DNA of 64,000 nucleotides from an uncultured cyanobacterium (lineage in GTDB: Bacteria; Cyanobacteriota; Cyanobacteriia; Cyanobacteriales; Nostocaceae), in the NCBI GenBank assembly GCA_963740315.1, contig CAVUDP010000002.1, positions 2,464,001 to 2,528,000 on the forward strand, given 5' to 3'. Positions 10,267-18,989 of this stretch are shown piece by piece (position 1 is the stretch's first letter; every line of letters begins with the position of its first letter). Position numbers and translations under genes: made by a program. The notes beneath the pieces are model-generated. The model was not told where the DNA came from, made no database searches, and saw only the letters and a list, made by a program, of their open reading frames with translations.

Positions 10267-10298
10267 AAGGTAAACTCTCAAGTTAACTGTAGAGTCAA
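10267..10298 (-). promoter_or_regulatory. MerR-type promoter/operator
   Basis: Minus strand TTGACT -35 followed by dyad ACTCT-ac-AGTTAACT-tg-AGAGT (10274-10295) in a 19-20 nt spacer before TACCTT. Confidence 0.7.
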
Positions 10299-10476
10299 GT
10301 CGATTTTGGATTTTAACAACGGATGTTTTTGTTTTGGATTTTAGATTACCGTGCTTGTAAACTTCATCCATCAACTATTACCTATTACCGTTAATATTTT
10401 TACGATATTGCTCAACATTGAACTATTCCATCTAACAAAAGACATAATATTATTTCTAACTATTGATGTAACTCGA

Positions 10477-10493
10477 TTTCATCTTGATTTCAT
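10477..10493 (+). promoter_or_regulatory. CopR-type box TTTCAT-N5-TTTCAT
   Basis: TTTCATcttgaTTTCAT. Confidence 0.7.
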
Positions 10494-10635
10494 ACTTGTA
10501 TGTTATTGGAATTTTGATTTGCAGAATGAAACAAAAATTCACTCCCAATATTTTTTATGCAAGCGGTAGAATAAAATAAAAAAGAATCCAGATTAAAAGC
10601 ATTTTAATATTGTAAAGAAGAGATATCACTTTAGT

Positions 10636-10652
10636 TTTCATCTTGATTTCAT
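10636..10652 (+). promoter_or_regulatory. CopR-type box upstream of the response regulator
   Basis: TTTCATcttgaTTTCAT, 60 nt before the ATG at 10713. Confidence 0.75.
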
Positions 10653-10712
10653 AAATTTATGTCAATCTGAATTTATGGTGAAATTCGGTTAAAGTCCAAG
10701 AATTAATTTGTT

Positions 10713-11408
10713 ATGAGAGTGCTATTAGTAGAAGACGAACCGGATTTAGGTGCAGCGATTAAGCGAGTTTTAACTCAACAAAAGTATTTAGTTGATTGGG
10801 TTATGGATGGTAATGAAGCATGGGAATATTTAGAACATCGATGGACGGAATATAACATCGGTATTTTTGACTGGCTGCTTCCAGGTATGTCAGGATTGGA
10901 ACTATGTAAAAAATTGCGTAAAAATCAAAATGCTATGCCCGTTTTAATGTTAACAGCTAAAGATAGTATGGAAGATAAGGTGGCTGGTTTGGATGCTGGT
11001 GCAGATGATTACTTAGTTAAACCTTTTGGGATGGAGGAATTATTAGCAAGGTTACGGGCTTTGCAAAGAAGGGTACCTCAATTTCAACCCCAAAAATTAA
11101 CTATGGGCAATCTAACTTTAGATTACGGTAACAATACTATTATTAATCAAAATGCTTCGGAAGATAAACCTCAAATGTCTTTGACTAACAAAGAATTTCA
11201 GCTACTAGAATATTTTATGAAGCATCCAAACCAAATTCTTACTACCGAACAAATTCGCAATCAGCTTTGGGAAGCAAGTGCAGAATCGAGTAGCAATGTA
11301 GTAGCCGCGCAGGTGCGTTTATTACGACGTAAATTAGCTTCGAGTGGCTGTGGAAATCCAGTCGAAACTTTGCATGGTATGGGCTATCGCTTTAATTTTA
11401 AGAATTAA
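10713..11408 (+). CDS. rppA: OmpR-family response regulator, RppA/CopR/NrsR group
   Basis: LLVEDE, FDWLLPG, GADDYLVKPF, winged helix ETLHGMGYRF; paired with the downstream kinase. Confidence 0.85.
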   Translation: MRVLLVEDEPDLGAAIKRVLTQQKYLVDWVMDGNEAWEYLEHRWTEYNIGIFDWLLPGMSGLELCKKLRKNQNAMPVLMLTAKDSMEDKVAGLDAGADDYLVKPFGMEELLARLRALQRRVPQFQPQKLTMGNLTLDYGNNTIINQNASEDKPQMSLTNKEFQLLEYFMKHPNQILTTEQIRNQLWEASAESSSNVVAAQVRLLRRKLASSGCGNPVETLHGMGYRFNFKN

Positions 11409-11416
11409 TTATAAGC

Positions 11417-12799
11417 ATGAATCAAAATAAACTATTCCAACGCACCCGGATTCGTTTGGCGCTTTGGTATGCTATCGTTATGGGTTTAATTTTAACTGTA
11501 TGCGGCTTTGGTTTATACACGGCAGTATCTCATGCCCATTCGGAAGCTTTGGATAGAGAATTAGAATTTGTCGCTACAACTTTACATAATAATTTAGAAC
11601 TAAAGCTTAAACAGCCGGGAAAATTATCACCAATTGTAAAAGAGGTTTTACCAAATCTTTGTGTAGTTGAAACTGGTTGTATATCGCAACAATCAACTTC
11701 TCAACGCCATATTTTAAACGCAATTCATCAAGGTTATTACGTGCGTTTGTTTGGTAATTCGGGAGATTTAATTGCTACTTCTGGTTCGTTACCTCAAACT
11801 GAATCTTTAGATTTAAATAAGAAAGTATGGCAAACAATTGAAGATGATACTGGTAACTTTTACCATCAAATGTCACTGCCATTACACACTATAGATAATC
11901 GCGATTGGGGATATTTACAAGTAGGAAGAAATATTGCCGATGTTAACAGCTATATGGATGCGGTTAAATTAAGTTTGGTAGTTGGATTACCAATTTCAAT
12001 GATCGTGGTTGCTGTTGCTAGCTGGTGGTTGGCAGGGTTGGCAATGCGACCAATTTATCAATCTTACAGGCAAATTCAACAATTTACAGCCGATGCCGCA
12101 CACGAATTAAGAACACCCTTAGCCGCAACTCAAGCAACAATAGATTCTGCTTTATTAATGCCAGATTTAGATATTAAAGAAGCATGGGACATTCTCGGAA
12201 CTATCAAACGTCAAAATCAGCGGCTTACAAGTTTAATTGTAGATTTACTAATGCTTTCTCGCTTCGATAGACAATCTATTTCGGTGCAACGAGAATTGTG
12301 TTCTTTGAATGATATTATTGCCGACTTAGTAGAAGAATTTGCAGCTATGGCAATTTCTGCTAAAGTAATACTAAAATCTGAAATTCGCGTGAATAAAGAT
12401 GTAAATATTGTTGGTAATTCCGAGCAGCTTTATCGTTTATTTTCTAATTTAATTGTGAATGCAATTCAGTATACTTTACCTGGTGGGGAAGTCACAGTTA
12501 TTTTAGAAAGTTATGATTCGGATGTTGAAATTCGAGTACGAGATACGGGTATTGGTATTCCCAAGAATGAATTATCTCATGTCTTTGACCGCTTTTATCG
12601 AGTAAATAGCGATCGCTCTCGTCATACTGGTGGTTCGGGTTTGGGTTTAGCGATCGCAAAAGCTATTGTATTGTCGCATCACGGTAGTTTGGAAGTAGAA
12701 AGTGAAGTCGGAAAAGGTAGCACTTTCATTGTTACATTACCTAAGCTAGAATCATCTCGTAAGCAAATAAGAAAAAATGCTTGCCAAAAAATATTGTAG
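11417..12799 (+). CDS. rppB: Sensor histidine kinase, RppB/CopS/NrsS group
   Basis: Two TM helices, FTADAAHELRTPL H-box, N/G1/F/G2 boxes. Confidence 0.85.
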   Translation: MNQNKLFQRTRIRLALWYAIVMGLILTVCGFGLYTAVSHAHSEALDRELEFVATTLHNNLELKLKQPGKLSPIVKEVLPNLCVVETGCISQQSTSQRHILNAIHQGYYVRLFGNSGDLIATSGSLPQTESLDLNKKVWQTIEDDTGNFYHQMSLPLHTIDNRDWGYLQVGRNIADVNSYMDAVKLSLVVGLPISMIVVAVASWWLAGLAMRPIYQSYRQIQQFTADAAHELRTPLAATQATIDSALLMPDLDIKEAWDILGTIKRQNQRLTSLIVDLLMLSRFDRQSISVQRELCSLNDIIADLVEEFAAMAISAKVILKSEIRVNKDVNIVGNSEQLYRLFSNLIVNAIQYTLPGGEVTVILESYDSDVEIRVRDTGIGIPKNELSHVFDRFYRVNSDRSRHTGGSGLGLAIAKAIVLSHHGSLEVESEVGKGSTFIVTLPKLESSRKQIRKNACQKIL

Positions 12800-12822
12800 A
12801 AGTAACCAATCGCAGTTCAAGT

Positions 12823-12853
12823 CCCCCTTAAAAAGGGGGATTTAGGGGGATCT
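12823..12853. repeat. Cyanobacterial CCCCCTT..AAGGGGG..GGGGGATC dispersed palindromic repeat
   Basis: Related copies near 26381-26409 and, inverted, near 43764-43794. Confidence 0.6.
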
Positions 12854-12903
12854 CACGAGATATGTGTACCCCGTAGCATAGGGAATGGGGGTTAGATTGA
12901 CAA

Positions 12904-13686
12904 TTACAAAGACTTTTGAATCCCACCCGTCACCCTAAAATCTGGAGAATCATTACTTAACCCAATTCCAGCACCAATAGACCAAACTGTAAGCGGTGTA
13001 GCTTGTTGACGAATACCTAATTCCAAAATATAGGCATCAACATTATCAACTTTATCTTGTTCGTAAACAAAGTCCGTCACTAATATAGTCTCCGAACCCA
13101 AACGACGACTATAACCAGCAACTGCTTTAACAACATTTCTTCTTTCATCATCTTTCTTTGCATCGTTAAAGGTATAGCCAACATTCAGATGCAGTCTATC
13201 TAAATTAGCTCCGGCACCCAAAGTTTTAGTCATAATTAACTTTACTTTAGGATCGACACCAGCACTATCTTCACAATAAGGAGCATCCGCACCAACAGAG
13301 ACTGCAAAAGCAGGAGTTTTCAAAGTTTCGGCATTGAAGTTGTACAAAAATTCTACTCCCACATCACCGATACCGTCATCTTCTGCGGAACCAAATTGAA
13401 AAGGAACCGAAATTGTAGCTTGAGTATTCGGAGCAATACCATATTCTAAACGCGGTTCGACGACAAAACTATCTTTGCCATTAATGCGATCGTACTTGGT
13501 GACTCCTTGTAATTCTATCCCTTTGTAAGGTATGGGATAAGCATCTTCAACTTCTGTTGGTAGCCCTTCTTCCAAGTTTAAATGGTCGGCAGCTTGAGCA
13601 GTTTTAGGTAAAGAAATAATCGCAGTTAATCCTAACAATAATCCAGCTAAGAGTTTACCTGTAGATTTCAATTTCTGTGTCTTCAT
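12904..13686 (-). CDS. Putative outer-membrane beta-barrel (MetA-pathway/transporter-like) with signal peptide
   Basis: Signal peptide ending AQA; amphipathic strands (RLEYGI, GIGDVGVEFLYNF, LHLNVGYTF, FRVTGGIQKSL). Confidence 0.6.
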   Translation of the reverse strand: MKTQKLKSTGKLLAGLLLGLTAIISLPKTAQAADHLNLEEGLPTEVEDAYPIPYKGIELQGVTKYDRINGKDSFVVEPRLEYGIAPNTQATISVPFQFGSAEDDGIGDVGVEFLYNFNAETLKTPAFAVSVGADAPYCEDSAGVDPKVKLIMTKTLGAGANLDRLHLNVGYTFNDAKKDDERRNVVKAVAGYSRRLGSETILVTDFVYEQDKVDNVDAYILELGIRQQATPLTVWSIGAGIGLSNDSPDFRVTGGIQKSL

Positions 13687-13811
13687 GAATGTGGATTTTA
13701 GATTTTGGATTTTAGATTGCGTTCATAGAACAATCATTTTTTAATTGATTTTCGTAGTGGGAGCATCTTGCTCCCTAATAGCCAAACTAACTTCCTAGAA
13801 ATCAACCTTCA

Positions 13812-15263
13812 TTACTTTTGGGTTTGTGCCAAAATATCTTGTGCCGAAGGTTCGGAATCCATAGATATAGATTCGATATCGGGTAAATTACCGTATTTTT
13901 CCTGCCAACCTTTGAGCATCGCTTCTACCATCATCGGATTAATTTTTCCTGGCTGCATTGCTTCCGGTGACATCTTCATGTTTGGCATCAAAACTTTGAT
14001 TGCATCCATCCAGGAGCCGGGAATTTCCCCTGATTGAATGCCGGGAGTCAGCTTCATTTTTAATTGCGCCATCATCTTTTGATGCATTTCTTGGCTCATT
14101 CCACCATTCATTTCACCTTGCATTTGGGATGACATGGGAGAATTCATATCATGATTCATATTGTCTTGCATCCCCGAATTCATCCCACCTTTCATCGAGG
14201 CGTGCATCATCGGCATCATCTCTTGCATCATTTCCATCATCATCCGCGTCATTGAGCCATCAGCACTTTTTGACCACTCGTCATAAGCTAGAGGATTAAA
14301 ATTGGGTTTGGGTGTGGTGAATTTGCGGGCTAATTTCTCATCTCCCTGTTGATAGCCCAAAGCTTTGAGAACGCGATAAAGTTCGGCTCGCTTTTGCTCA
14401 ATTGTCCAACCATCGTATGCAAAGATATCGTAGGTGATACCGTGGAGCATATGCAGATTATCGAAAACATTGGCAGTTTCCGGAGACAAACGGCTATAGC
14501 GCGGCGCACCTTCACGAGTTAGCAGCATTCTCATTGGTGGATTAGGAATCACCTCCCGCTGAAATACGTCTTCCATTTGGTTGAGCATTTTGTCTTGCTC
14601 TGAGTCATTTCCACCAATCATCATTGACTCATAAACCGCCGGATGCCACCAGTGAGCCGCATAAAAGAAGTTATTGTTTTTAGGATAATAGTTGCGGGTG
14701 AGAGTAAAATATGGTTTCATCATCACCCCAGCACGGCGCATGGTGACATCTAGCGGTGCGGGAGAAAGAGCAACGTCTTTGTATGTGGATTTATAATACT
14801 CATAAATCTTTTCTAATTCCTTTTCTTTCTGACTCCAGGGAATATCCTTGTCTGCCAAAATATCCTCTGTCATCTCGTGTAATAAATGAACCGAATCAAT
14901 AGTGCGGAATAGTTGCCAAGTCGCCCTTGCTGTATAAGGCGCGTATAACTCCATCGTTGGTTCGATGCGGGGTGGTTTGTTGTAGTGCGATAAAACTTGT
15001 TTGTATAACTTGTCATCTTCTAAAGCATGACGTTCAAAGGGAGTCAAAAGCAATACATCATGCAGCTTGCTGTGAGCAAAGTGCAATGCACCTGCAACTC
15101 GGTAGCTACGGCGGTGACGATTATAGAAAGACAGTCGGTAAGGAGTACGCGGATGTGCTACAGAATTTCGCTGTTCTGCTTGTACAATAAATGGCGTAGC
15201 GGAAATTATAGCCGTTGCGGTTGCTAGTGCGATCGTTAATTTTTTAATTAATTTATTTCTCAT
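13812..15263 (-). CDS. Secreted hypothetical protein with four HxxH motifs and a Met-rich region
   Basis: Signal peptide ending VQA; HFAH, HLLH, HWWH, HMLH; MMMEMMQEMMPMMH tract. Confidence 0.8.
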   Translation of the reverse strand: MRNKLIKKLTIALATATAIISATPFIVQAEQRNSVAHPRTPYRLSFYNRHRRSYRVAGALHFAHSKLHDVLLLTPFERHALEDDKLYKQVLSHYNKPPRIEPTMELYAPYTARATWQLFRTIDSVHLLHEMTEDILADKDIPWSQKEKELEKIYEYYKSTYKDVALSPAPLDVTMRRAGVMMKPYFTLTRNYYPKNNNFFYAAHWWHPAVYESMMIGGNDSEQDKMLNQMEDVFQREVIPNPPMRMLLTREGAPRYSRLSPETANVFDNLHMLHGITYDIFAYDGWTIEQKRAELYRVLKALGYQQGDEKLARKFTTPKPNFNPLAYDEWSKSADGSMTRMMMEMMQEMMPMMHASMKGGMNSGMQDNMNHDMNSPMSSQMQGEMNGGMSQEMHQKMMAQLKMKLTPGIQSGEIPGSWMDAIKVLMPNMKMSPEAMQPGKINPMMVEAMLKGWQEKYGNLPDIESISMDSEPSAQDILAQTQK

Positions 15264-15332
15264 ATTTAACTAGTTTCTATACAAACAGGCGTTGAGTCTT
15301 ATTACTGCTAATTACTAGTGTGGCAACTACTT

Positions 15333-15349
15333 ATGAAATTGGTATGAAA
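15333..15349 (-). promoter_or_regulatory. CopR-type box facing the 483-aa gene
   Basis: ATGAAAttggtATGAAA, i.e. TTTCATaccaaTTTCAT on the minus strand, 70 nt upstream of the start. Confidence 0.75.
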
Positions 15350-15389
15350 TTATCGATTCGTCATATTCTTTTGTCTTACAGATAGACTA

Positions 15390-15406
15390 TTTCATCTTAA
15401 TTTCAT
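15390..15406 (+). promoter_or_regulatory. CopR-type box facing the 130-aa gene
   Basis: TTTCATcttaaTTTCAT, 60 nt before the ATG at 15466. Confidence 0.75.
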
Positions 15407-15465
15407 AAGTATCCATCATACTCAGTACTATAAGCCTGAAGAATGCACGTACTTTTATCAAAAAT

Positions 15466-15858
15466 ATGAAATTGCAATCTCGTCAAATTATCTTCGGCTC
15501 GATACTATTAGGAATAGCATCAATACAAATTTCGCCTTTAAAAGCACATCAGAAAAAGTTTCACGTACCGAAAAAAGCTAGCGAACCAAAAATAGAAACA
15601 GAAGTAATCCCGGAAACAAAAATCAATTCAGAATCATCAAATTCATCTCCTACATCTGAGATGAAAAAGCCGGAAATATCAGCAACTTCTTCTCCTACGC
15701 CAGAAGAAAAAAATATTGGGCAAAAAACGCTTAATTCTGTGAATGCATCTGAAGTAAATAATATAAAACTTGTTCCAAAACCAGGAGAAATAATTTTTTC
15801 ACTACTGATAGCGGGAACTCTCTTACTCTATTATATTAAGCGAAAAATATATAAATGA
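15466..15858 (+). CDS. Exported, C-terminally anchored small protein with predicted N-terminal His
   Basis: Signal peptide ..SPLKA|HQKKFH; S/T/P/E linker; C-terminal GE + TM + basic tail. Confidence 0.65.
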   Translation: MKLQSRQIIFGSILLGIASIQISPLKAHQKKFHVPKKASEPKIETEVIPETKINSESSNSSPTSEMKKPEISATSSPTPEEKNIGQKTLNSVNASEVNNIKLVPKPGEIIFSLLIAGTLLLYYIKRKIYK

Positions 15859-15955
15859 AATATTTAGATATAGATTTTTGTTTATAGTTGTCTCTTACAA
15901 TCTGACTCGATTATTTTTATATCCATATATATTTATTAAAGTAAAGCTGCTAACT

Positions 15956-16252
15956 ATGGCATTAAATAAGGCTCGCATCCGTCAACTGCATTCCTGGTTT
16001 GCCCCAATTATGTTGTTGCCCGTAATAATAACTTTGATTACGGGTTCTTTGTTTCAAATAGCAGTAATTACTGGGAAAAGTAAGGAATTTATCTGGCTTC
16101 TAGAATGGCACAGAGGTAAATTTGGTCGTATCAATCTAGAAATGATTTATCCATTCTTAAATGCTTTTGGTTTACTCATGCTTGCCGTTACAGGAATTAC
16201 GATGTGGCTTCAAACACGCCCGCGTAAAAATAAATCAAAGATATCTAAATAA
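15956..16252 (+). CDS. Small PepSY-associated TM protein
   Basis: IRQLHSW..LITG..WLLEWHRG..YPFLN; single-domain relative of 6802-7380. Confidence 0.7.
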   Translation: MALNKARIRQLHSWFAPIMLLPVIITLITGSLFQIAVITGKSKEFIWLLEWHRGKFGRINLEMIYPFLNAFGLLMLAVTGITMWLQTRPRKNKSKISK

Positions 16253-16529
16253 GAAAGTTAGTTGATTTTATCTCGAAGGTGTGACTGGAACTTCCTTAAT
16301 TATATAAAACGTTAAAAGCCCTGTAAAAGTAGTTACTTAGCTGGTCGATCATTTGTAAATCTGTAAATTGATTAAAATTTTGAGTTTCGAGGTCTTCGAG
16401 TTCTCTAATATTGAAAAGTCCTTTAGTGAAAATTTGTCCAGATTTTAATTGAATCGTTTCCTCTACCTTTGCTTAAAATAGCTTGTTCGCTCGTGCGATT
16501 ATAGTTAGTCTTCTTTCTCATTACGATAA

Positions 16530-17426
16530 TTAATTTTGACTCCGTTTTCGATTTAACCATCCCGTTACCAAAGCCAAGCCAAACATACCTAATAAAGCCA
16601 AGACAAGCATCCATTTTCCTTGAGAAAATACACCTGCACCCAAAGCAACAATAGGAGGTGTGGAAACCACTATTCCTAAAATCAAAGCTGGGATAAATTT
16701 ATGCCAAGGCATTTGTGTAAGTCCGACAGCATAGGAGACAAAATCAAATAACCCAGTCATCAAAAACCCAGCTACTAAAAATATATTATCTTCTAAATGC
16801 TTCGAGGCAAGATTATTGACTCTACCTATAAATCGTTCACCAACAAACCTTTGGACAATCTTACGACCATAACGTTTAGCAATGTAAAAATTAAGACAAC
16901 AGGCAGCAAAATCGGCGATAAAAATCACAATAATTCCTTTCCAAAAGCCAAACAAAGTACCTGCTAAAACTGAATAAGCAGTACTGGGAATTGCCGGAAT
17001 CACAACGCTTACCGTTCGTAGCAATAATAAAGCAATAGGTGCCCAAATTCCTAATTTATCCACATTGGCACGAATTTGCTCAATTCCGACTTGATTGACA
17101 AAAGTTATGGCTGTAACAAGAGCAATTCCCACGCAAAATAATCCCAAAATATTAACCCATTTTTTGCCTCGGGGTGAGGATTTTGGTTTGTTTTGAGTGG
17201 TTTCGGTTTCAGTTTCGGTATCGGGTGGATAATAAAGTTCGTTTTTGAGAATCCAACCAGTTTCTTGTTGCAGATAAGCATGGGTACTTATGCCAAGCTT
17301 TTTAGCTGAAGCTGCAACGGCTTTATAATCAAGCCCTAACAAGTCACAAAGTTCTGAGGCTCGGATTCCATTTCCTTCCTGCATGGGATTGAAGATAGAG
17401 TTTGCATTAACATTAACTACTATCAT
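16530..17426 (-). CDS. TVP38/TMEM64 (DedA/VTT) family membrane protein with extra N-terminal domain
   Basis: IPAIPSTAYSVLAGTLFG, FYIAKRYG, FDFVSYAVGLT. Confidence 0.8.
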   Translation of the reverse strand: MIVVNVNANSIFNPMQEGNGIRASELCDLLGLDYKAVAASAKKLGISTHAYLQQETGWILKNELYYPPDTETETETTQNKPKSSPRGKKWVNILGLFCVGIALVTAITFVNQVGIEQIRANVDKLGIWAPIALLLLRTVSVVIPAIPSTAYSVLAGTLFGFWKGIIVIFIADFAACCLNFYIAKRYGRKIVQRFVGERFIGRVNNLASKHLEDNIFLVAGFLMTGLFDFVSYAVGLTQMPWHKFIPALILGIVVSTPPIVALGAGVFSQGKWMLVLALLGMFGLALVTGWLNRKRSQN

Positions 17427-17519
17427 AGTTAATAATTGTTGCCCACAGACTAATCACATAGATAGACGAAATGCTCAAATCGGACAAGCTGAGGAACGTT
17501 TGCACAGAAAACAATTAAG

Positions 17520-18407
17520 TTAACTAACTAGAGTGCTGAGAATTTCTTGCCAATGGTTAAATATCAGCAAATGACCTTCATCGGGATAAAAACGAGCTTC
17601 ACAGTTAGGGATAGTGTTTGCAAGATAGCGTCCTGCATTTGGAGGAACATTTTCATCTTTCTCGCCATGCCAAAGGTATACTTTTGATGAAATATTCTTT
17701 AGTTGAAAGCCCCAAGATTGACCAAGAATTTTCATATCTAGCGTAAACCCACGAGCTCCTTGACGAAAGTCTTGGGGTAAATCTTCTAGAAACATTTCTC
17801 GCACAGCAGGTTGAAATAAAACCTCTTTGTCAGGTATAGGAAAATAATTTATCATCCCATAATCAAATAACTTTTGCGGGTTTTTGCGTGCTGTGCGTAC
17901 AACAATTAGACTTGAAAAAGGATTTAGAAGAAAGGGAGCATATTGCGCTACTCCAAATAGAATTCTGTTTGTCAAGTTCATCCCTTTAGTAATTTGGGAA
18001 TCGAGAGGAGATATACTGCTGATAACGCCAGCTTGTGTTATCCGTTCGGGGATTTCGGATGTACAAGCAAGAGCATATGCTCCACCTCCAGAAACACCTG
18101 TAACTGCAAATTGTTCTATCTTTAAAGCATCAGCAAGTTGAACAACGTCTTGAGTCCAATTCACTAGCGTGTTATCCGGCACAAAGTCTGACAAACCATA
18201 TCCCGGACGGTCAATGGTAATGATGCGAACTCCTAACAAAGTCGCAATAGATTCGTCAGGATGGCGAGTCAATCTTGACCCTGGTGTACCGTGAAAAAAG
18301 AACACGGGTTTTCCATTACACTCGCCGTATTCGGCATATCCCATCTGGCGACCATCTTTCAATTTGAGTGTTTGATTTGATTTATTTGATTTAGAAATAT
18401 AATTCAT
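17520..18407 (-). CDS. Alpha/beta hydrolase
   Basis: HGTPGS, DRPGYG, GVSGG nucleophile, WHGEKD, EGH. Confidence 0.9.
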   Translation of the reverse strand: MNYISKSNKSNQTLKLKDGRQMGYAEYGECNGKPVFFFHGTPGSRLTRHPDESIATLLGVRIITIDRPGYGLSDFVPDNTLVNWTQDVVQLADALKIEQFAVTGVSGGGAYALACTSEIPERITQAGVISSISPLDSQITKGMNLTNRILFGVAQYAPFLLNPFSSLIVVRTARKNPQKLFDYGMINYFPIPDKEVLFQPAVREMFLEDLPQDFRQGARGFTLDMKILGQSWGFQLKNISSKVYLWHGEKDENVPPNAGRYLANTIPNCEARFYPDEGHLLIFNHWQEILSTLVS

Positions 18408-18459
18408 GGGTATTTATTTCAAGGACAGTAATCCTGACAATTCTTTGCTTCTTTCGTCA

Positions 18460-18768
18460 TCACTTTTTCTGACTGTACCGCACACTTAAGATAGGAATTA
18501 TAGTTAAAGTAGCGGCATTTTGAACAAGGATTACTATTAATGCGGATGTTAGAAAAAGTGATGACGATGCCTTGCGAATATCGCACCATTTGATTAAAGC
18601 TACGATTAAAGCTAGAAAGAATAAAAAACCCATACCAGCGATCGCATCGCTATAACTGGGGTTTTTATGATTTTGCGGTGGATCAACTAAAGAATGTGGT
18701 GAAACAGTCTCGCTTAATCTCAGTTGATTAAAATTATCATAGGCATTCATCCTAGTTCCCCTTAACAA
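18460..18768 (-). CDS. Hypothetical membrane protein, possibly a fragment
   Basis: Two hydrophobic segments; no recognisable family. Confidence 0.35.
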   Translation of the reverse strand: MLRGTRMNAYDNFNQLRLSETVSPHSLVDPPQNHKNPSYSDAIAGMGFLFFLALIVALIKWCDIRKASSSLFLTSALIVILVQNAATLTIIPILSVRYSQKK

Positions 18769-18793
18769 AAATAATTAATTAAATCCTTGAAAA

Positions 18794-18955
18794 TTACGCT
18801 GGTTTTTCTACTGGTAAATTTTCACTCTTCCAAACAATCCACTAACCAGGTATATTAATAACGTTCCCAAAACCGTGTTTTTGTAAAATACTCGCAGCGA
18901 TTGCAGCCCGATAACCGCTACCACAGTAAGTAGCAACTGTCTGATTTTTATCCAA
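18794..18955 (-). pseudogene. Rhodanese-domain C-terminal remnant
   Basis: Manual translation LDKNQTVATYCGSGYRAAIAASILQKHGFGNVINIPG*WIVWKSENLPVEKPA*; internal TAG at 18842-18844; no start codon. Confidence 0.75.
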
Positions 18956-18989
18956 AACCACTAAATACTACGTACTATCACTACTCAAT

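Noticed and set aside
10351..10569. 72-aa ORF upstream of the response regulator
   Set aside because: Non-ATG start, low-complexity AT-rich translation, and overlap with regulatory boxes.
13768..15227. Short antisense and alternative-frame ORFs over the 483-aa gene (likewise over WD40, fbaA, ftn2, RND, sucC, leuB, pilD)
   Set aside because: Shadow ORFs of longer well-supported genes, with no motifs.
18842..18844. In-frame TAG in the rhodanese remnant as pyrrolysine or readthrough
   Set aside because: The fragment has no start and sits among other pseudogenes, so a nonsense mutation is the simpler explanation.
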